A stretch of 64,000 bases of DNA from Octopus vulgaris (taxonomy: Eukaryota). The stretch covers positions 92,442,001 to 92,506,000 of the forward strand of contig OX597819.1 in the NCBI GenBank assembly GCA_951406725.2, read 5' to 3'. Of the stretch, positions 26,227-40,129 are shown one piece after another. The notes under the pieces are model-generated. The model had not been told where the DNA came from. It ran no database searches and saw only the letters and a program-made list of their open reading frames with translations. The translations under genes were made by a program, and so were the position numbers. Every line of letters begins with the position of its first letter. Position 1 is the stretch's first letter.

Positions 26227-27508
26227 CTAGCAGAGATACCCGGCGTTGCCCGTGTTACATACAATTGAAGAATTAGACTTTTCTGTTATATTTTCTCTAA
26301 TGAACTGGAATATCTATGTTTCGAAGTTCATCAAAATTGCAGATGTGAGTTATTTCCCTCTATACACACCCTAAAAAAATTGTAATCGTGCCACATATAT
26401 CCCTTACTACTGATTTTTATGCGCATATTCCAAAATTCCAGTCTCACTGAACCTGTTAAAAAGATTTTGCTCCTAAAAAATGAAGGTCATAGAGCTCTAA
26501 AATGTGAGAGTTAAGGCCCCTGTTGGGGGTGGGCATCTTAATGTCAACCAGAGAAGTTGAATTGTTGAGAATCTTTTTTACTTGGGTCTTATATCTATTG
26601 TTTGAATAAGAAATATACGTTCACTGGGTTTGTAACAGAGAGCAAAGCTACAGGAAACCAAAAGACGAATGATCACAATAAGCAGTCAGTAACCCTACCT
26701 TAGTCGTTACCACTCCCAATGTAGGATTCCTCACCTTCCAGGTGACAGGCACAGCCGTAAGATGCATTACGAATCTATAGCAATTGGAAGGGCGTGACCC
26801 AACTGAAATAAACATTAACAACTGTGTGACGTGAGGGCTAAGGAGAAATGAAAGTTGGAGTTTGCAAATGACCACTATACTGATATGTAACTGGACAGAA
26901 TAAATTTACAATCTATAAATGCCTTTGAATAACCCGTCACTCATCTGGGAAGGCCTTGAAATCAATGTTACCATCTGGGGACTGCGTGACCGAGTGATAA
27001 TATAAAGACTGAAAGGAGGTCTGCAATCAAATAACTTTACTCAACACTTTGCAACTGAATCAGTGGAGGCAAAGAAGCCTCTCATTTACTTGACAATTTA
27101 TGCAGCACATTGCAGAAATCACAATGTAAGTGTATGCCAAAGCAAATTCTTACCATTGAATTACAAATAATGCTCAACTTTTATGCTCGGGTAACCCTAC
27201 AACTTCCAACAGCACAACTGTATTCGTTTTTGCTTAGATAAAATGATAAAATTGTGGGAGTTAAGTCCCCATGTTGGGGTCTTTATAACTTGTAAGAAGA
27301 TGAAATTTTATAAATATTATTTAATTTGTGTCTAATATCTATGGTTAAAATTTCCTCAGCAGCAAATATATATGAATTGTCATGGGGGTTATGGCCCTTA
27401 TGCATAGAATATAATTTCCAAATTTCATAGAGATCCATTCAGTACTTTTGACCTAGTTTTGGATAAAAAAAGAAATGACTAAAATTTGGGAGTTAAGGCT
27501 CCCATTAG

Positions 27509-27581
<73 letters not shown>

Positions 27582-27606
27582 TTGTGTGTGTGTGTAGATA
27601 TATAGA
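26227..27606 (-). mobile_element. Non-autonomous Helitron
   Basis: Minus-strand 3' end is a GGGCAACGCCGGG hairpin region followed by CTAG (26227-26230), as at 30395. Internal GAGTTAAG.C.CC sub-repeats occur three times. The 5' TC end is approximate. Confidence 0.7.
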
Positions 27607-27894
27607 TATATACACACACATACAAAGATAAATTGATAGATACAAATGATTGGGCAAAAAAAAAATGAGACACATCCTAGTGCTTTTTTTATGTTGATAA
27701 GCCTGGTACTTATTGTATTAGTTTGTTCTTGTGAAACCAGTAAGTTAAGTGGATGTAAATAAATGAACAGCAGTTGTGAAGCAATGATAAGGACAAAACA
27801 CAGAGACAAAGACGCACACATACACTTGTATATATACATACATATACATACGATTGATTTGTTTCAGTTCTTGTCTACGAAATCCATATATATA

Positions 27895-29295
27895 TTGTTG
27901 CTGGCATCCTTTTTGTCTCGGGAGACAATGGAGTTGCGCATAAAATAATCTAGTCCGGCTTTTACATTTCATGTCCTAATACATCTCCTGCTGTGGCTGT
28001 GTAGTTCTATCCTGGACAAACACTTCCTCCGGCAGGTGCCGCAAATGTAGCGAAGACTTTACCTGGCTGGTTGTAATGTCATACTTTCTTGTTGACGTCT
28101 TTTCTTGTCTTTCCATTTCTCCTCTCTATGTCACTCTTTGTGTTCCCTCTTTTACGGTACGTCGCCAATCTCCACGGTTGCTGGCAACTGCTTCCCAGTT
28201 GGTAATATTGATGTTGCAAACATCCTTGTATCGTAAGAACGGTCTTCTCACAGACCTAGTGCCCCTAGCAAGCTCTCCGAAGAGTATGTCCTTGGGAATT
28301 CTGACATCTTCCATACGGCTAACATGTCCAAGCCATCTCATACGCCTTTGTGTGAGGTGTGCAAACATGCTTGGTATTCCTGCTTGCTTGAGGACATCTT
28401 TGTTGTGGATATGATTCTGCTATTTGATGCGAAGGATTTTCTGGAGGCAGCGCAGGTGAAAATATTTAGGCGACGTATGGCGTCGTATGGCGCATGTATG
28501 GCGTCCAAGTCTCACTTCCATACAGTAGAGTGCTAAGTACACATGCCTGGTAAATCTTCATTTTTGGGTTTTGGTCAGCTTATTGTTGTTCCATGCCCGT
28601 TTGGATAGTTGGGCCATCACAGCAGCTGCCTTGCCAATGCGTCTATTGAGCTCAGCATCAAGGGATAGGTTGTAGGTGACGGTAGAGCTAAGATAGGTAA
28701 ACTTCTCCATCTCTTGTAGTCTATGGTCTCCAGTATGTATGTTTGGGATGTCCGATGTAGCCTGACCCATGATGTTGGTCTTCTTGAGGCTGATAACTAA
28801 GCCAAAGTCGCTACATGCTTGCTCAAAACAGTTGATGAACCTTTGTAGGGCTTCTTCTGTATGTGATACCAGAGCGACATCATTAGCAAATAGCACCTCC
28901 TTGACCAGGACGCTTCTGATTTTGGTCTTGACACGCAGACGCGAGAGATTGAACAGTTTCCCGTCACTTCTACTGTGCAGAAACAGTCCATCATCTGATG
29001 TCTGAAAGGCATGTGACTGCAGTAGCGAGAAGATGCCAAATAATGTAGGAACAAAGGCACAACCTTGCTTTACCCCGTTTTTTATTTGGAAGGCGGTTGA
29101 TTTTGAACCATTGTGCTGTATGGTGCCTTGCACATCATCATGGAAATATTTGATCATCCTCAGCAGCTTTGGTGGACATCCGTTTTTTGGAGCAGGATGA
29201 AGAGGCCTTTTCTACTTACCAAGTCAAAGGCCTTTGTCAGGTCAATGAAGACCATATATAATGGCATCTTCTGCTCAATGGACTTTTCAAATACC
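27895..29295 (-). mobile_element. RTE-clade LINE, 5'-truncated
   Basis: RT motifs, a C-terminal C2H2 finger (CGTCRRKCLSRIELHSHSRRC) and an RTE-type short 3' tail TCCATTGTCTCCCGAGAC..GGATGCC. Confidence 0.93.
27980..29290 (-). pseudogene. RTE reverse transcriptase, disrupted
   Basis: FIDLTKAFDLV, GVKQGC..PTLF, DGKLFNLSRL, LFANDVAL (FADD decayed), FGLVISLKKT, RMRWLGHVSRM..RIPKDILFGEL. Confidence 0.93.
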
Positions 29296-29536
29296 TAACT
29301 AAATTCTGCGATTTAGCCAAAACAGCTCCATTGTTTAGTACAAGTCAATTGACATTTACATTTGACCTTGCTTAATTGCTCCTACCTCTCACTCCTTTCA
29401 CTTCTTTTCCCCTTTTTCCCTTCTGCTAATACTTATTTCACCCTACATTTATATACTCCACTCATGCTGTGCTCTCTATACATTCTTACTCAATCATTCA
29501 TGCATCACCATGAAACCTTTAATTTAATCAAGATAT

Positions 29537-29630
29537 GCTTGACCTGAAGAGTAGCCGGCGGTACACATCTCGCTTGGATTTTTACCACTCCTGAGATTAC
29601 GCCCGCTATGAAACATACGTAGTACTGAGC
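29537..29630 (+). ncRNA. Type-I hammerhead-like motif with long stem II
   Basis: GCUUGAC-CUGAAGA-GUAGCCGGCGGUA..UACGCCCGCUAU-GAAA-CAUACG-UA-GUACUGAGC. The core is intact, stem III is near-palindromic (ACAUACGU) and stem I is imperfect. Confidence 0.65.
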
Positions 29631-29680
29631 TTACCTACTACAGTCCGTAAGTCTTGTATATATATATATATATATATATC

Positions 29681-30026
29681 TGAGGGGAGGCAATGCGAGC
29701 AACAACCACAGGAACATCAGAAAATCCACAGAATGACCAAACACATACAAATCTTCATAGACTCATTTATATGTATAAAGCCCGACATTTAAAAATTTAT
29801 AAATTTAGTAATATATGAATATATCATATAAAAATATAAATTTTGCATATAACATCTTGAATTTACGCTTAAAACATTTAGTATAAATTTGTTACAATAA
29901 GAGAAATAAATATAATGATAATAAATAAAAAAATAAGTATATACAGCTCATTAGAGCACTTCTATTTCCAGTCCGTTGTATATCTTGAGCGTTGTTGTCA
30001 CTCAAGATATAACTTTATATTTTGTA
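29681..30026. repeat. AT-rich dispersed repeat ending in an 11-bp-arm hairpin
   Basis: TATATCTTGAG-CGTTGTTGTCA-CTCAAGATATA at 29979-30011. The same end occurs at 1-54. Confidence 0.55.
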
Positions 30027-30027
30027 A

Positions 30028-30395
30028 TCTCTCTCTATATAAACGGCAGTTTGTCTGTGCGTGTTTCTGTGTGTCTGTTTGCTTGTACCCTCACTCTGAC
30101 CACGGCTTTCAACCGATTCTGATGAAACTTGACACACACATAGCCCAATGTCATAATTCAAAACTAACGCAGCGAAAATTTTGAAAAGTTCCCCCAGTTC
30201 TGAAAAAAATCGATAAATTCGACATGGGGTCGAGAATCAGGAACACAAACTGTATAGGGGACGCAACTCCACCTTTTTTAACTATCAAAAAAAAATTTAC
30301 CATCATTTTTTTCCATTTTTTTGGCTATAACTCTCTAAAAATGCTTTATAGTTATTTCCCTTACAAACCTGAGCAACGCCGGGCGATACTGCTAG
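30028..30395 (+). mobile_element. Complete non-autonomous Helitron (368 bp)
   Basis: 5' TC, 3' CTAG, subterminal hairpin CCTGAGCAACGCCGGG, inserted between A (30027) and T (30396), no TSD. Confidence 0.9.
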
Positions 30396-30423
30396 TATAT
30401 ATACATATATATATATATGTATA

Positions 30424-30484
<61 letters not shown>

Positions 30485-30766
30485 CAATATATGCAATATC
30501 TTTAGAAACATATTCACGCGACGCGCGCATATAATATAAGGACATGGAGAAAGTAAATTTTAAATTCTGGGATATGTATACAGAATATATGAAGCATAGC
30601 AGTGGCAAGTCGTCATCAATACAGGGTGTAGATAAAGAATATTGTTAAACCAATTAATCAATTACTCGTGTAGTTAATCAATTAATTACATAATTGCTGA
30701 TTAAACCGAAATGCAACGTAACCTGTGCGTGTTGCTTATAGACAGCATGACTGCAAGAACAATAGC

Positions 30767-30785
30767 ATATATAGATATGTATATA

Positions 30786-30858
<73 letters not shown>

Positions 30859-30878
30859 GTATATGTATATATGTATGT

Positions 30879-30909
<31 letters not shown>

Positions 30910-31025
30910 TATGTATATATACGTATATATATATGTATATATATGTATATATGTATATATGTATATATATGTATATATGTATATATGTATATATATGTAT
31001 ATATGTATATATATATGTATATATG

Positions 31026-31082
<57 letters not shown>

Positions 31083-31116
31083 ATATATGTATATATGTAT
31101 ATATATATGTATATAT

Positions 31117-31168
<52 letters not shown>
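30767..31168. repeat. Long compound (TA)n/(TATG) microsatellite
   Basis: Directly visible. Confidence 0.95.
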
Positions 31169-31171
<3 letters not shown>

Positions 31172-32218
31172 AGAGAGAGTGAACAATGAAAAGCAGAAAG
31201 AGAAATAGAGATTTCGCTGAGACTTCAATCTTTTGATTAGTTTAACGCGCGTATATTGTTTAATTAATTTGTATTGAATTAGTCATTGTTTGAATCACTT
31301 CGGTTAATTAATGAAAGTACGATAAGATAGAATTTCTCATCATTCTAACTAAGTTCTTGTGTTGAAGAGGGTCAGTTCAGAGTTTATGCAGTATTAGTTG
31401 GATTTGCTTTTGGCTGCAGTAATACAGGAGAGTTTCTCAACTTACGACTAAAGAAGAGGAGTAAAAGATTGTTGCAAAGGTGATTGCAAGGGTAGACAAT
31501 ACCACAGTGTACCTAACAAAATAATTATCAACAATGAAGTTAATTAGATTAAGCTATGATCGAATTATCTAATTTCTACATTATTTGTATAGATTAATTA
31601 AGATTTAAGAACAGGTTGACATTTGTAATGAAGAGTAAATATAGGATGCATAATGAATGTTTCGATGAGGTTTAGTGCACAGTTTTTAGGGTCATAATAG
31701 ATATCATGTACAGTATAAATATATGTGTATGTGTGTGTGAACGCGCGCGTGTGTGCATGTGTATGCATGTATGTGTGTGTTTGTAGGTCACCATTATATA
31801 TTTTTCTTATGTATTTCATAGTTATAATATCCGTTTTGTTTCACATACAAATTACGTTTTCGTTTTCTCTAGCAGAGTTACAATTCCTTCTTAACTCGGT
31901 TGATACCGTTTCAAGGACTAATATGCCATTTGTTATAGAATCGGTAAAGATATTCAATACGATACTCTCTGTTTATTCTGTTCGTATGTTCGTTCTTTTG
32001 TTATAGTCATTTAATTGTTACTGCCCTCGTAAATTCTTTGGTTGTTCAATTTTCAATTTTAGGAATTTCATTCTTTAATTGCCGGGTTTGTTCGAGCTCT
32101 CATAAAGAAATATTTGCAGTGAAGACTCAAGATTGTTTAGGTTGGGGTTTTCTGCAGTCTGCTAGGTAATGCTAAACACACACACGCACATACACATACA
32201 CACATGCACGAGCATGTA

Positions 32219-32298
<80 letters not shown>

Positions 32299-32700
32299 CA
32301 ATAAATCAATCTGTCAGTCTCTATCTCTCACTCTGTATATATATATATATATATATATATAAGTTTACGAGTGCGCAACACCGCATTGGTTGGTATAATT
32401 TTTTTTTCTAAATTAACCCTAACCCTATCTTCCTAAATGGAAGCGAACATCTTTCCCCATGTGATCGACTTGAAATTTGCTAAGTCACTAGTGTATTTTC
32501 CCTCCTTTCTTATCATGAGACCAATGGTAGCCTTAATTCACAAAAATATAAGCATTTACATACACACACAAACATATATATGTGTGTATGTGCGTGTATA
32601 TGTGTCTGCTAGCGCGCGCATTTGTGTGTTCATGTTTGCATATATAGCCACTAAAGAGACGCTTTAGGCCTCTCTCACTCTATATATGCATGTATGTATG

Positions 32701-32753
<53 letters not shown>

Positions 32754-32770
32754 CACACACACATATTTAA

Positions 32771-32822
<52 letters not shown>

Positions 32823-32843
32823 ATGACACACACACATATTTAA

Positions 32844-32914
<71 letters not shown>

Positions 32915-33065
32915 ATACACTGCACGTCCATAGATTTTGTTTCTGAGCGAATAACGCGCTAAATTTGCCTTTTAACTGTCCGTTTACATTTATTCTGACA
33001 CATAGAAGGCTCTCTCCTTCTTTATCTCTCCTCTTTCCCCCTCTCTCTCTATATATATATATATG

Positions 33066-33118
<53 letters not shown>

Positions 33119-33184
33119 GCGCGCAAATACACACACACATGTATGTATGTATGTATGTATGTATGTATGTATGTATGTATGTAT

Positions 33185-33460
33185 GACTATAAGCGACGTA
33201 ATGCAAACAGGGAGACTGGAATATTCTCTCACCCACGAAGGAAGAAAAAAGAACCCCAGAATCATGGAACAGAGACACAATATTTCAACCCCAGTGTTAT
33301 GGGATCGGCTGAAAGAAAAATATTTGATAAACACAGAGCATATAGACCCTAAAACTATAAATTTATCTAAAAGAAACCTCAACAGAATTGAAATTCATCT
33401 TTTATATATGGATGGTTTTAAGGATGAATGGAATAAATGCGATTGATAGAAGGATGCACC
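33185..33460 (+). pseudogene. Possible N-terminal fragment of a Penelope-like ORF within a (TATG)n tract
   Basis: [17 protein letters not shown] resembles the NLS..L...E..LL motif upstream of Penelope RTs. No other support. Confidence 0.4.
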
Positions 33461-33464
33461 ACAC

Positions 33465-33990
33465 ATGTATGTATGTATGTATGTATGTATGTATGTATGT
33501 ATGTATGTATGTATGTATGTGCATGTGTGTCTGTATGTATGCATGTATGTATGTGTGTATGTATGTATGTGTGTATGTATGTATGTGTGTATGTATGTAT
33601 GTGTGTGTATGTATGTTTGTATATGTATGTGTGTATGTGTGTGTATGTGTGTGTATGTTTGTATTGTGTATGTATGTGTATAAGTATGTATGCGTGTGTA
33701 TGTATGTGTGTATGTATGTGTGTGTATGTATGCATGTGTTTATGTGTGTGTATGTGTGTGTGTATGTATGTATGTATGTATGTATGTGTGTATGTATGTA
33801 TGTATGTGTGTATGCATGTATGTATGTGTATGTATGTATGTGCGTGTGTATGTATGTATGTATGTATGTGCGTGTGTATGTATGTATGTGCGTGTGTATG
33901 TATGTATGTGCGTGTGTATGTATGTATGTATGTGTGTATGTATGTATGTGCGTGTGTGTCTGTATGTATATGTATGTATGTGTGTGTTTG
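33465..33990. repeat. (TATG)n/(TG)n compound microsatellite
   Basis: Directly visible. Source of the 200-aa CMYV/HTYI ORFs. Confidence 0.95.
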
Positions 33991-35514
33991 TACGTTGTGT
34001 GTAATGATATTTGCACGTCCACATGTATGTATATGCTTATATAATTATGTCTGTATGTTTGCGCCTGTATTTCGCATGGAAGCGATCTAAGGCGCAGTGA
34101 AAAATATCTAAATCGCATACATTTTATGGTATCATCTCCTGTCCTTGACCCCAGGACTTAAACTCGTAGTAACTCTCACAGGTAACAAGCAAACATCATA
34201 AACACAAACAATGAAAGCAAAATGATAAAAATACAGAGGAAGAGAAAGTAAATATAAAGAAATTAAAGTGCAGATCTTCTTGCTGCATCATATGAAGGTC
34301 AGACTATTGATACAGATGGCTTGGATAATATGATGTAATTGCGAAAAAAAAAAAAATATTTCGACTTTTTGTAGCTTGACATTTAAACAAAAACACGCAG
34401 GCAAACAAACCTAATTGCACACACTTGGTTCTTAAATAATTTGCATCAGTCCCTCGTTAAATTAAAGAATAATAAGGAATCGCATTTTTGCCGGGATAAC
34501 ACATACGGTAGATGGACGGGTAAAAGTAGTATAATTCTTGCTCTTCATGTTTTGAATACAAAGGCTGTTGTTGGCAACATCTGTTTTACTTCCTATGGCT
34601 AAGGAAAGATAAGTACATGGAATGTACTATTATGCATTTTATCGATGCAACCCACGTTCTTTTTCCTCTTCACTTAAAAAAACATCATACAAGCCGAAGA
34701 TAAATTTTATTCAATCATTTGCCTATTGTTAACATTTCCTTATTTATCTTTACTGCTTTCGGTTATTGAACAAAGAACTCAACAGACTTGCTTATATTTT
34801 CTTGTTCTACTGTCTAACGATTTTGTCATTCCATTATTCTCTACTTACAAAAATAAATATTATTATTGCCATAATATTAATGCCAGAATATTTTGGGGTA
34901 GATGCAACAGTTTATATTGATTCCATAACTTCATTTGTTTAAGCATTATCAGTTTGCAACGATGGATCTCAAAGTTGACCCACAGCAAGATTTGAACTCA
35001 TGACTTAAAACCCAAAACTTGAATCTCACCATAATATTCTTTTTTCTCACAGCTACCGATTGTAACATCACACTATAATTTCGGATAACAACCACAATAA
35101 AATTGAAACAATCGCATATTATTGTTTGTAGTGTGAAAATATATAGTTGACTCTCGTGATCTGAGAATAGAATTTTGACATTGTTCAAAGTATATTCTGC
35201 TAGCGAAATAAAATATACATGGGATGATAATTTGAGAAAGAAGAGGATGGACAATATATACCTGGCTTCATGATAAGTAGTGTGCATCGAAATTATCTAG
35301 AGTGTATATCCCTGTAGTTACTTTGATCACTATGTGTCACCGTGTGTCTTTGAAAGAAACTCTATCGAACCTGCTATACTTAAATAGATTCCCCACAAAA
35401 TAGAATTACATGCAAAAATGAAGGGTTACATATTTTATGAATGATCATTACGAAACGAATGCATCTTTTCAACTTCTAGTATTACCTTAAGATGGAGTAC
35501 CTACGTGCACATTG

Positions 35515-35593
<79 letters not shown>

Positions 35594-36051
35594 CCCTCTC
35601 TCTCTCTCTATATATATATATATATCTAGATAGATAGATAAATCGATATAGATACACATACATATATGAGTAATAAAAAGAAAGTTCTTATATATATATA
35701 TATATGTATGTATGTATATATGTATGTATATATGTATGTAAGTATACGTGTTTGTATGTATGTATGTATATTTATGTATGTATGTATACGTGTTAGTATA
35801 TATATACGTGTCTGTGCATCAGCCTCAGCCACAGAATGTGTCATTAGAAAGAAAGTAATATATAAACTTAAAATACCGGAACAAATATTTTCAGCACAAT
35901 CTATGTTCTGAAGAGAGAAACGAAAGGCAGTAACTACGATGAAATATCAGCAGTTTTTTTTTATTATTTGTTATCTAAATGAAGTAGCAGTAACATTTAT
36001 TAGAAACCAAAGGTATTCCTTTGCCATTAATCGTCAAATTTGGCAGGTACT

Positions 36052-36149
<98 letters not shown>

Positions 36150-36250
36150 GTCTGTCTGTCTGTCTGTCTATGTGTCTGTCTGTCTGTCTATCTATGTGTC
36201 TGTTTGCCTGTCTGTTCGTCTATCTATGTGTCTGTCTGTCTGTCTGTCCT

Positions 36251-36284
<34 letters not shown>

Positions 36285-36459
36285 CTTTATTTCATTCGTC
36301 TTTGGTTTCTTTTTTACTTCCATTCTTGCTCTTTGTCTCTCTCTATATATACACTTGTGTATGACTGTGTGCATTTGTAAGCATGTGCACACTAAAATAT
36401 ATTTAGATATCTACATTTTTGTCTATTTAACTCTATAAAAATAAACCATATCTATAAAA

Positions 36460-36800
36460 ATTCTTTTTATGATGACTGCAGCAAGAGAGTTCAATCCTTT
36501 TAGTAAGAGATACAACCAGCTGATGTAATGAACACTACTTCTTATTCAAAGAAAGATTGAAGTCAAACGTTCCGAAGAAGATATAGGCAGGTCAGTAATG
36601 TCAGACATTTTATTGAACAAATTATTTCCATTTCTCGAAACCTGCAGATCAACCAGGAGAGGATGGTGGATGTTTTCTTGTAACTGTGAATTGGTGCTGA
36701 ACAAGTGTATATCCTATTAAACCTTTGCTTGAAGTCATAAGCTTTGAGTTGAATCCCATAGTTAGTCAAATTAACAGAAGCTGGAGGAGATAATCAACTG
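36460..36800 (-). pseudogene. Highly decayed Penelope GIY-YIG C-terminal fragment
   Basis: DFKQRFN...STILSWLI, then LTKRIEL..C.HHKK.F, resembling the FK.R...T.LS..I / LNKR.EL...CRH..KF pattern of Penelope endonucleases. Confidence 0.5.
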
Positions 36801-37120
36801 ATATGCCATAGTATTGTAACTGGAGGTTTTTTTAATGTTGTAGTAGATGGTGGTGATCACGGGTCAAAAGGTGTACGTTTTTGTATAACGTAGCTTTCGG
36901 CATTGAAAGATATATTGCGTAGACAAGTGTAATTAACTTCAGTATTATGCACGTTTTAACGCTTGTGGAGTTCCTGTGTGTTAGGGCCGTGCTGTCTAAT
37001 CATGGATAAATTTCTCTAGACTATATTAGGTAAGACGTCTAGGGTGAAAGAATAATTGGACCAAGGTACAAGGCGTTCGGGGATAAATTTGACAGTTTGC
37101 CTAAAAGGAAAAGAATGCAC

Positions 37121-37800
37121 AACAGCCCATCCAAAGTTAAAAGTATTTTAAAAAAATCAAGAAATAGCATTTAAATTATGATTCCGTTTGCTCAGATAAG
37201 CGGCTTCAGCTTCCACCACAACCTCGAAACGGCTCCAGAAAATGGTTCATGCGTTCCTTACTTTTTCCCTGGGAACGTATTCAAAAACCTGCTGAATCGT
37301 GACCACTAGGTCACACTTAGTACTGTTGTAGAGCGGTTGGTGTCTTTCACAAATGCGTCCAACACATAGGAATCCATGAGATTACAATCGTAAGTGGGAA
37401 AGTAGAAATTGGGGCTGGTGAACTCTTAGAAATTCTCTGACAATTACAAATTTTTTTCCGGAGATATGGCAAGGAGCCGAAAAGTGCTTCACACATATGG
37501 CCTTCCAACAGCAACCCACTTCAGACATGCATTGACCACAGACTCCAGCAGCTTCGGATAACCATCTGAATTGAGCCAAAGACCCAGTTCAAAAGTGTGG
37601 GGATGAATCCGGCGAGCGGGTGCAGTCAGAAAGGCCATTCCTGGCCATTATGAAAGTCGTTGCAAATCACCATGATACGGGTAATCTTTTCCGATATTGA
37701 GATACGTTCCCGTCCTCCATGTTTGCTAACCTTTTCTGAAACTACCTCTTTAATCTTTATGCTCTCTAAGGCTGTTGACTGTTCATCAATACATCAAACT
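37121..37800 (-). mobile_element. maT/DD37D-like Tc1-mariner transposase remnant
   Basis: SAPCH, DCNLMDSYV..AFVKDTN, SRFEVVVEAEAAYL on the minus strand. Confidence 0.65.
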
Positions 37801-37859
37801 ACTCTCGAAAGAACGAGATATAAAATAAATTATCGATTTAATCCGCAATCACTTATATA

Positions 37860-37910
<51 letters not shown>

Positions 37911-37942
37911 TTATGTATGTATGTATTTTTTCTTCATGTTCT

Positions 37943-38332
37943 TACTTTTATTATTTTGCTTGTTTCAGTAAGTTAACTGCGGCCATGCTGGAGCAATGCC
38001 TTTAGTCGAAGAAATCGACCCCAGAACTTATTCTTTATAAGCCTAGTACTTATTCTATCGGGGTCCCTTTGCCGAACCGCTAAGTTACGGGGACCTAAAC
38101 ATCGGTTGTTAAACGATGGTGTGGGGACAAACACACACACGCAGATGCATACATGCATACATACTCACAAACACACACGCACACACACGTATAGACATGC
38201 TTCTTTCATTTCCCATCTACCAAATCCACTCCAAAGGCTATAATAAAAGACACCCTCCCAATGTGCCACGCAGTGGGATTGAACCCAGAACCACGTGGTT
38301 GAGAAGCAAGCTTCTTACGACACCGCCACGCC
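37943..38332 (-). mobile_element. SINE family A, with internal deletions
   Basis: Reverse complement of 60746-61150 (GCCACGCAGTGGGATTGAACCC; CGGCCATGCTGGAGCA). Confidence 0.9.
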
Positions 38333-38425
38333 TATATATATATATATAAATACATACACACACACTCATATATACATATAGATAGATAGATAGGCATTCA
38401 CTCTCACACACGTGTAAGTGTAAGC

Positions 38426-38513
<88 letters not shown>

Positions 38514-39123
38514 ATAATACACACATAATAATAATAAACAAAATATGTATGTACGAACTTCCGGTCAAGTGATCTGTTATCTAGAGTAAATTTACTGTGA
38601 AGAATTGTCTAACTTGCCGTTTTGTACTTGTACTACGTTTAGGAGAGGGAAAATGTTTTATTGATTCATTTAATGAACAAATTATTTTCATCTCCCGAAA
38701 TCTTCGAGGGGGAAGTAACATATTAAAGGCTATAATTATCTCGCTCTTCCCTTTAAACATATCTCAAGGAGGAATTCTTGAATATCATATTTGGTTTTCG
38801 TATACACCCATGTGTTTACTCTGTTTTACTTTATTTCTTACCTCGTATAATTTCATTGTATTTACACGAAACGTTTTATTGGCGGTCAGGCAGACATATA
38901 TCATATTTTTATTAGATCCATATAATGTTTTAGAGACATTCCTTCGTGGGGCGCTGAAGTATAAATCTGCTCCCCGCAATTTGTCTGCATTTCCCTTTCG
39001 TTATGACAGTAATTTCTTTCCCTTAATATTTAAGGTGTTTTGTGTATGCGATAAATTTATATAAAAAGTGACCTATAGGAAAAAATTCATAGCGTTCAGG
39101 ACAAACATTTTTCGTTTCTTCTA

Positions 39124-39156
<33 letters not shown>

Positions 39157-39241
39157 CTTCTTCTTCTTCTTCTTCTTCTTCTTCTTCTTCTTCTTCTTCT
39201 TCTTCTTCTTCTTCTTTTTACTGCTGTTGTTGTTGTTGTTT
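39124..39241. repeat. Compound trinucleotide repeat (GTT)n(CTT)n(GTT)n
   Basis: Directly visible. Confidence 0.95.
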
Positions 39242-39678
39242 TCAATAATATTAATACGCTAACTTATTGTTTCTGTACGTACCTGTTGTGTGCGTCACAC
39301 TAACTTCAAAGAAGTGGCAAAGCGAGAGAGAGGAGAACAGAGAGGAAGTAAGAGAGAGAGTGAGAGAGAGAGAGAGAGAGAGAGAAAGTGAGAAGGAAAT
39401 GGAGTGTGAGAGAAAGAGAGAGAATGAGAAATAGGGAAAGAGTCAGTGATTGGTGACGGGGTTCGTTTTGTGTTTTTAAATGTTTATCACATCGCAAGGG
39501 AAGTAGATACATAGATACATATACACATTGTTAAATCAAAAGCAGGAGAGAAGTGGGACACAGAAGCAGTGAAAGAGAAAGACAGAAAATGAGCGAGACA
39601 GTGGATACATAAATCCAAAGAAAAGTTCATACATCAAATATTGGATGTCAATTTCACTTTTCCTTACCACACGAGGAT

Positions 39679-39793
39679 AAAATTAACTCACTAATGGCCA
39701 AGTATTCGACAGACATGAATATCCCTAACGTAGTTCTCAAAGAGATTCAGCCTCACACGGAATATCACAAGGCTGGCCCCTTTGAATTACAGC
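39679..39793 (-). mobile_element. Fragment of SINE family C
   Basis: Reverse-complement similarity to about 46087-46200 (CCCTAACGTAGTTCTC; ACAAGGCTGGCCCCTTTGAA). Confidence 0.65.
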
Positions 39794-40129
39794 TGGAACT
39801 CGAGACAAATTTATGAATGTATTTTTGTGTGTGTGTAGTTTGCAATAATTAGTTTCACGTGGTGGAAATAAACGCAATTACCAAACTTGCATACATATAT
39901 CCATTTATTACTTCGTCCTTTTGCATTTCAATTTGTACATTAAGGTTCTTGGAATATGTACGACGTATTTTAAGGTTAAATTGTAATTCCGTTAACGTTT
40001 GTGTAACTGAGATATTTTGGTTGGATTATATAGTCGTTAGTGTTACATTACTTGCTATATTCTGTAACTGTCACAATATACTTCTCTAGGTCTGAATCTT
40101 TTGTGGGGAGGGAGCCAGTTGATTAATGA

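Noticed and set aside
30678-34118. Long ORFs of 100-238 aa (YIYI, CMYV, HTYI), and similar ones throughout the window
   Set aside because: They are translations of stop-free microsatellites, not proteins.
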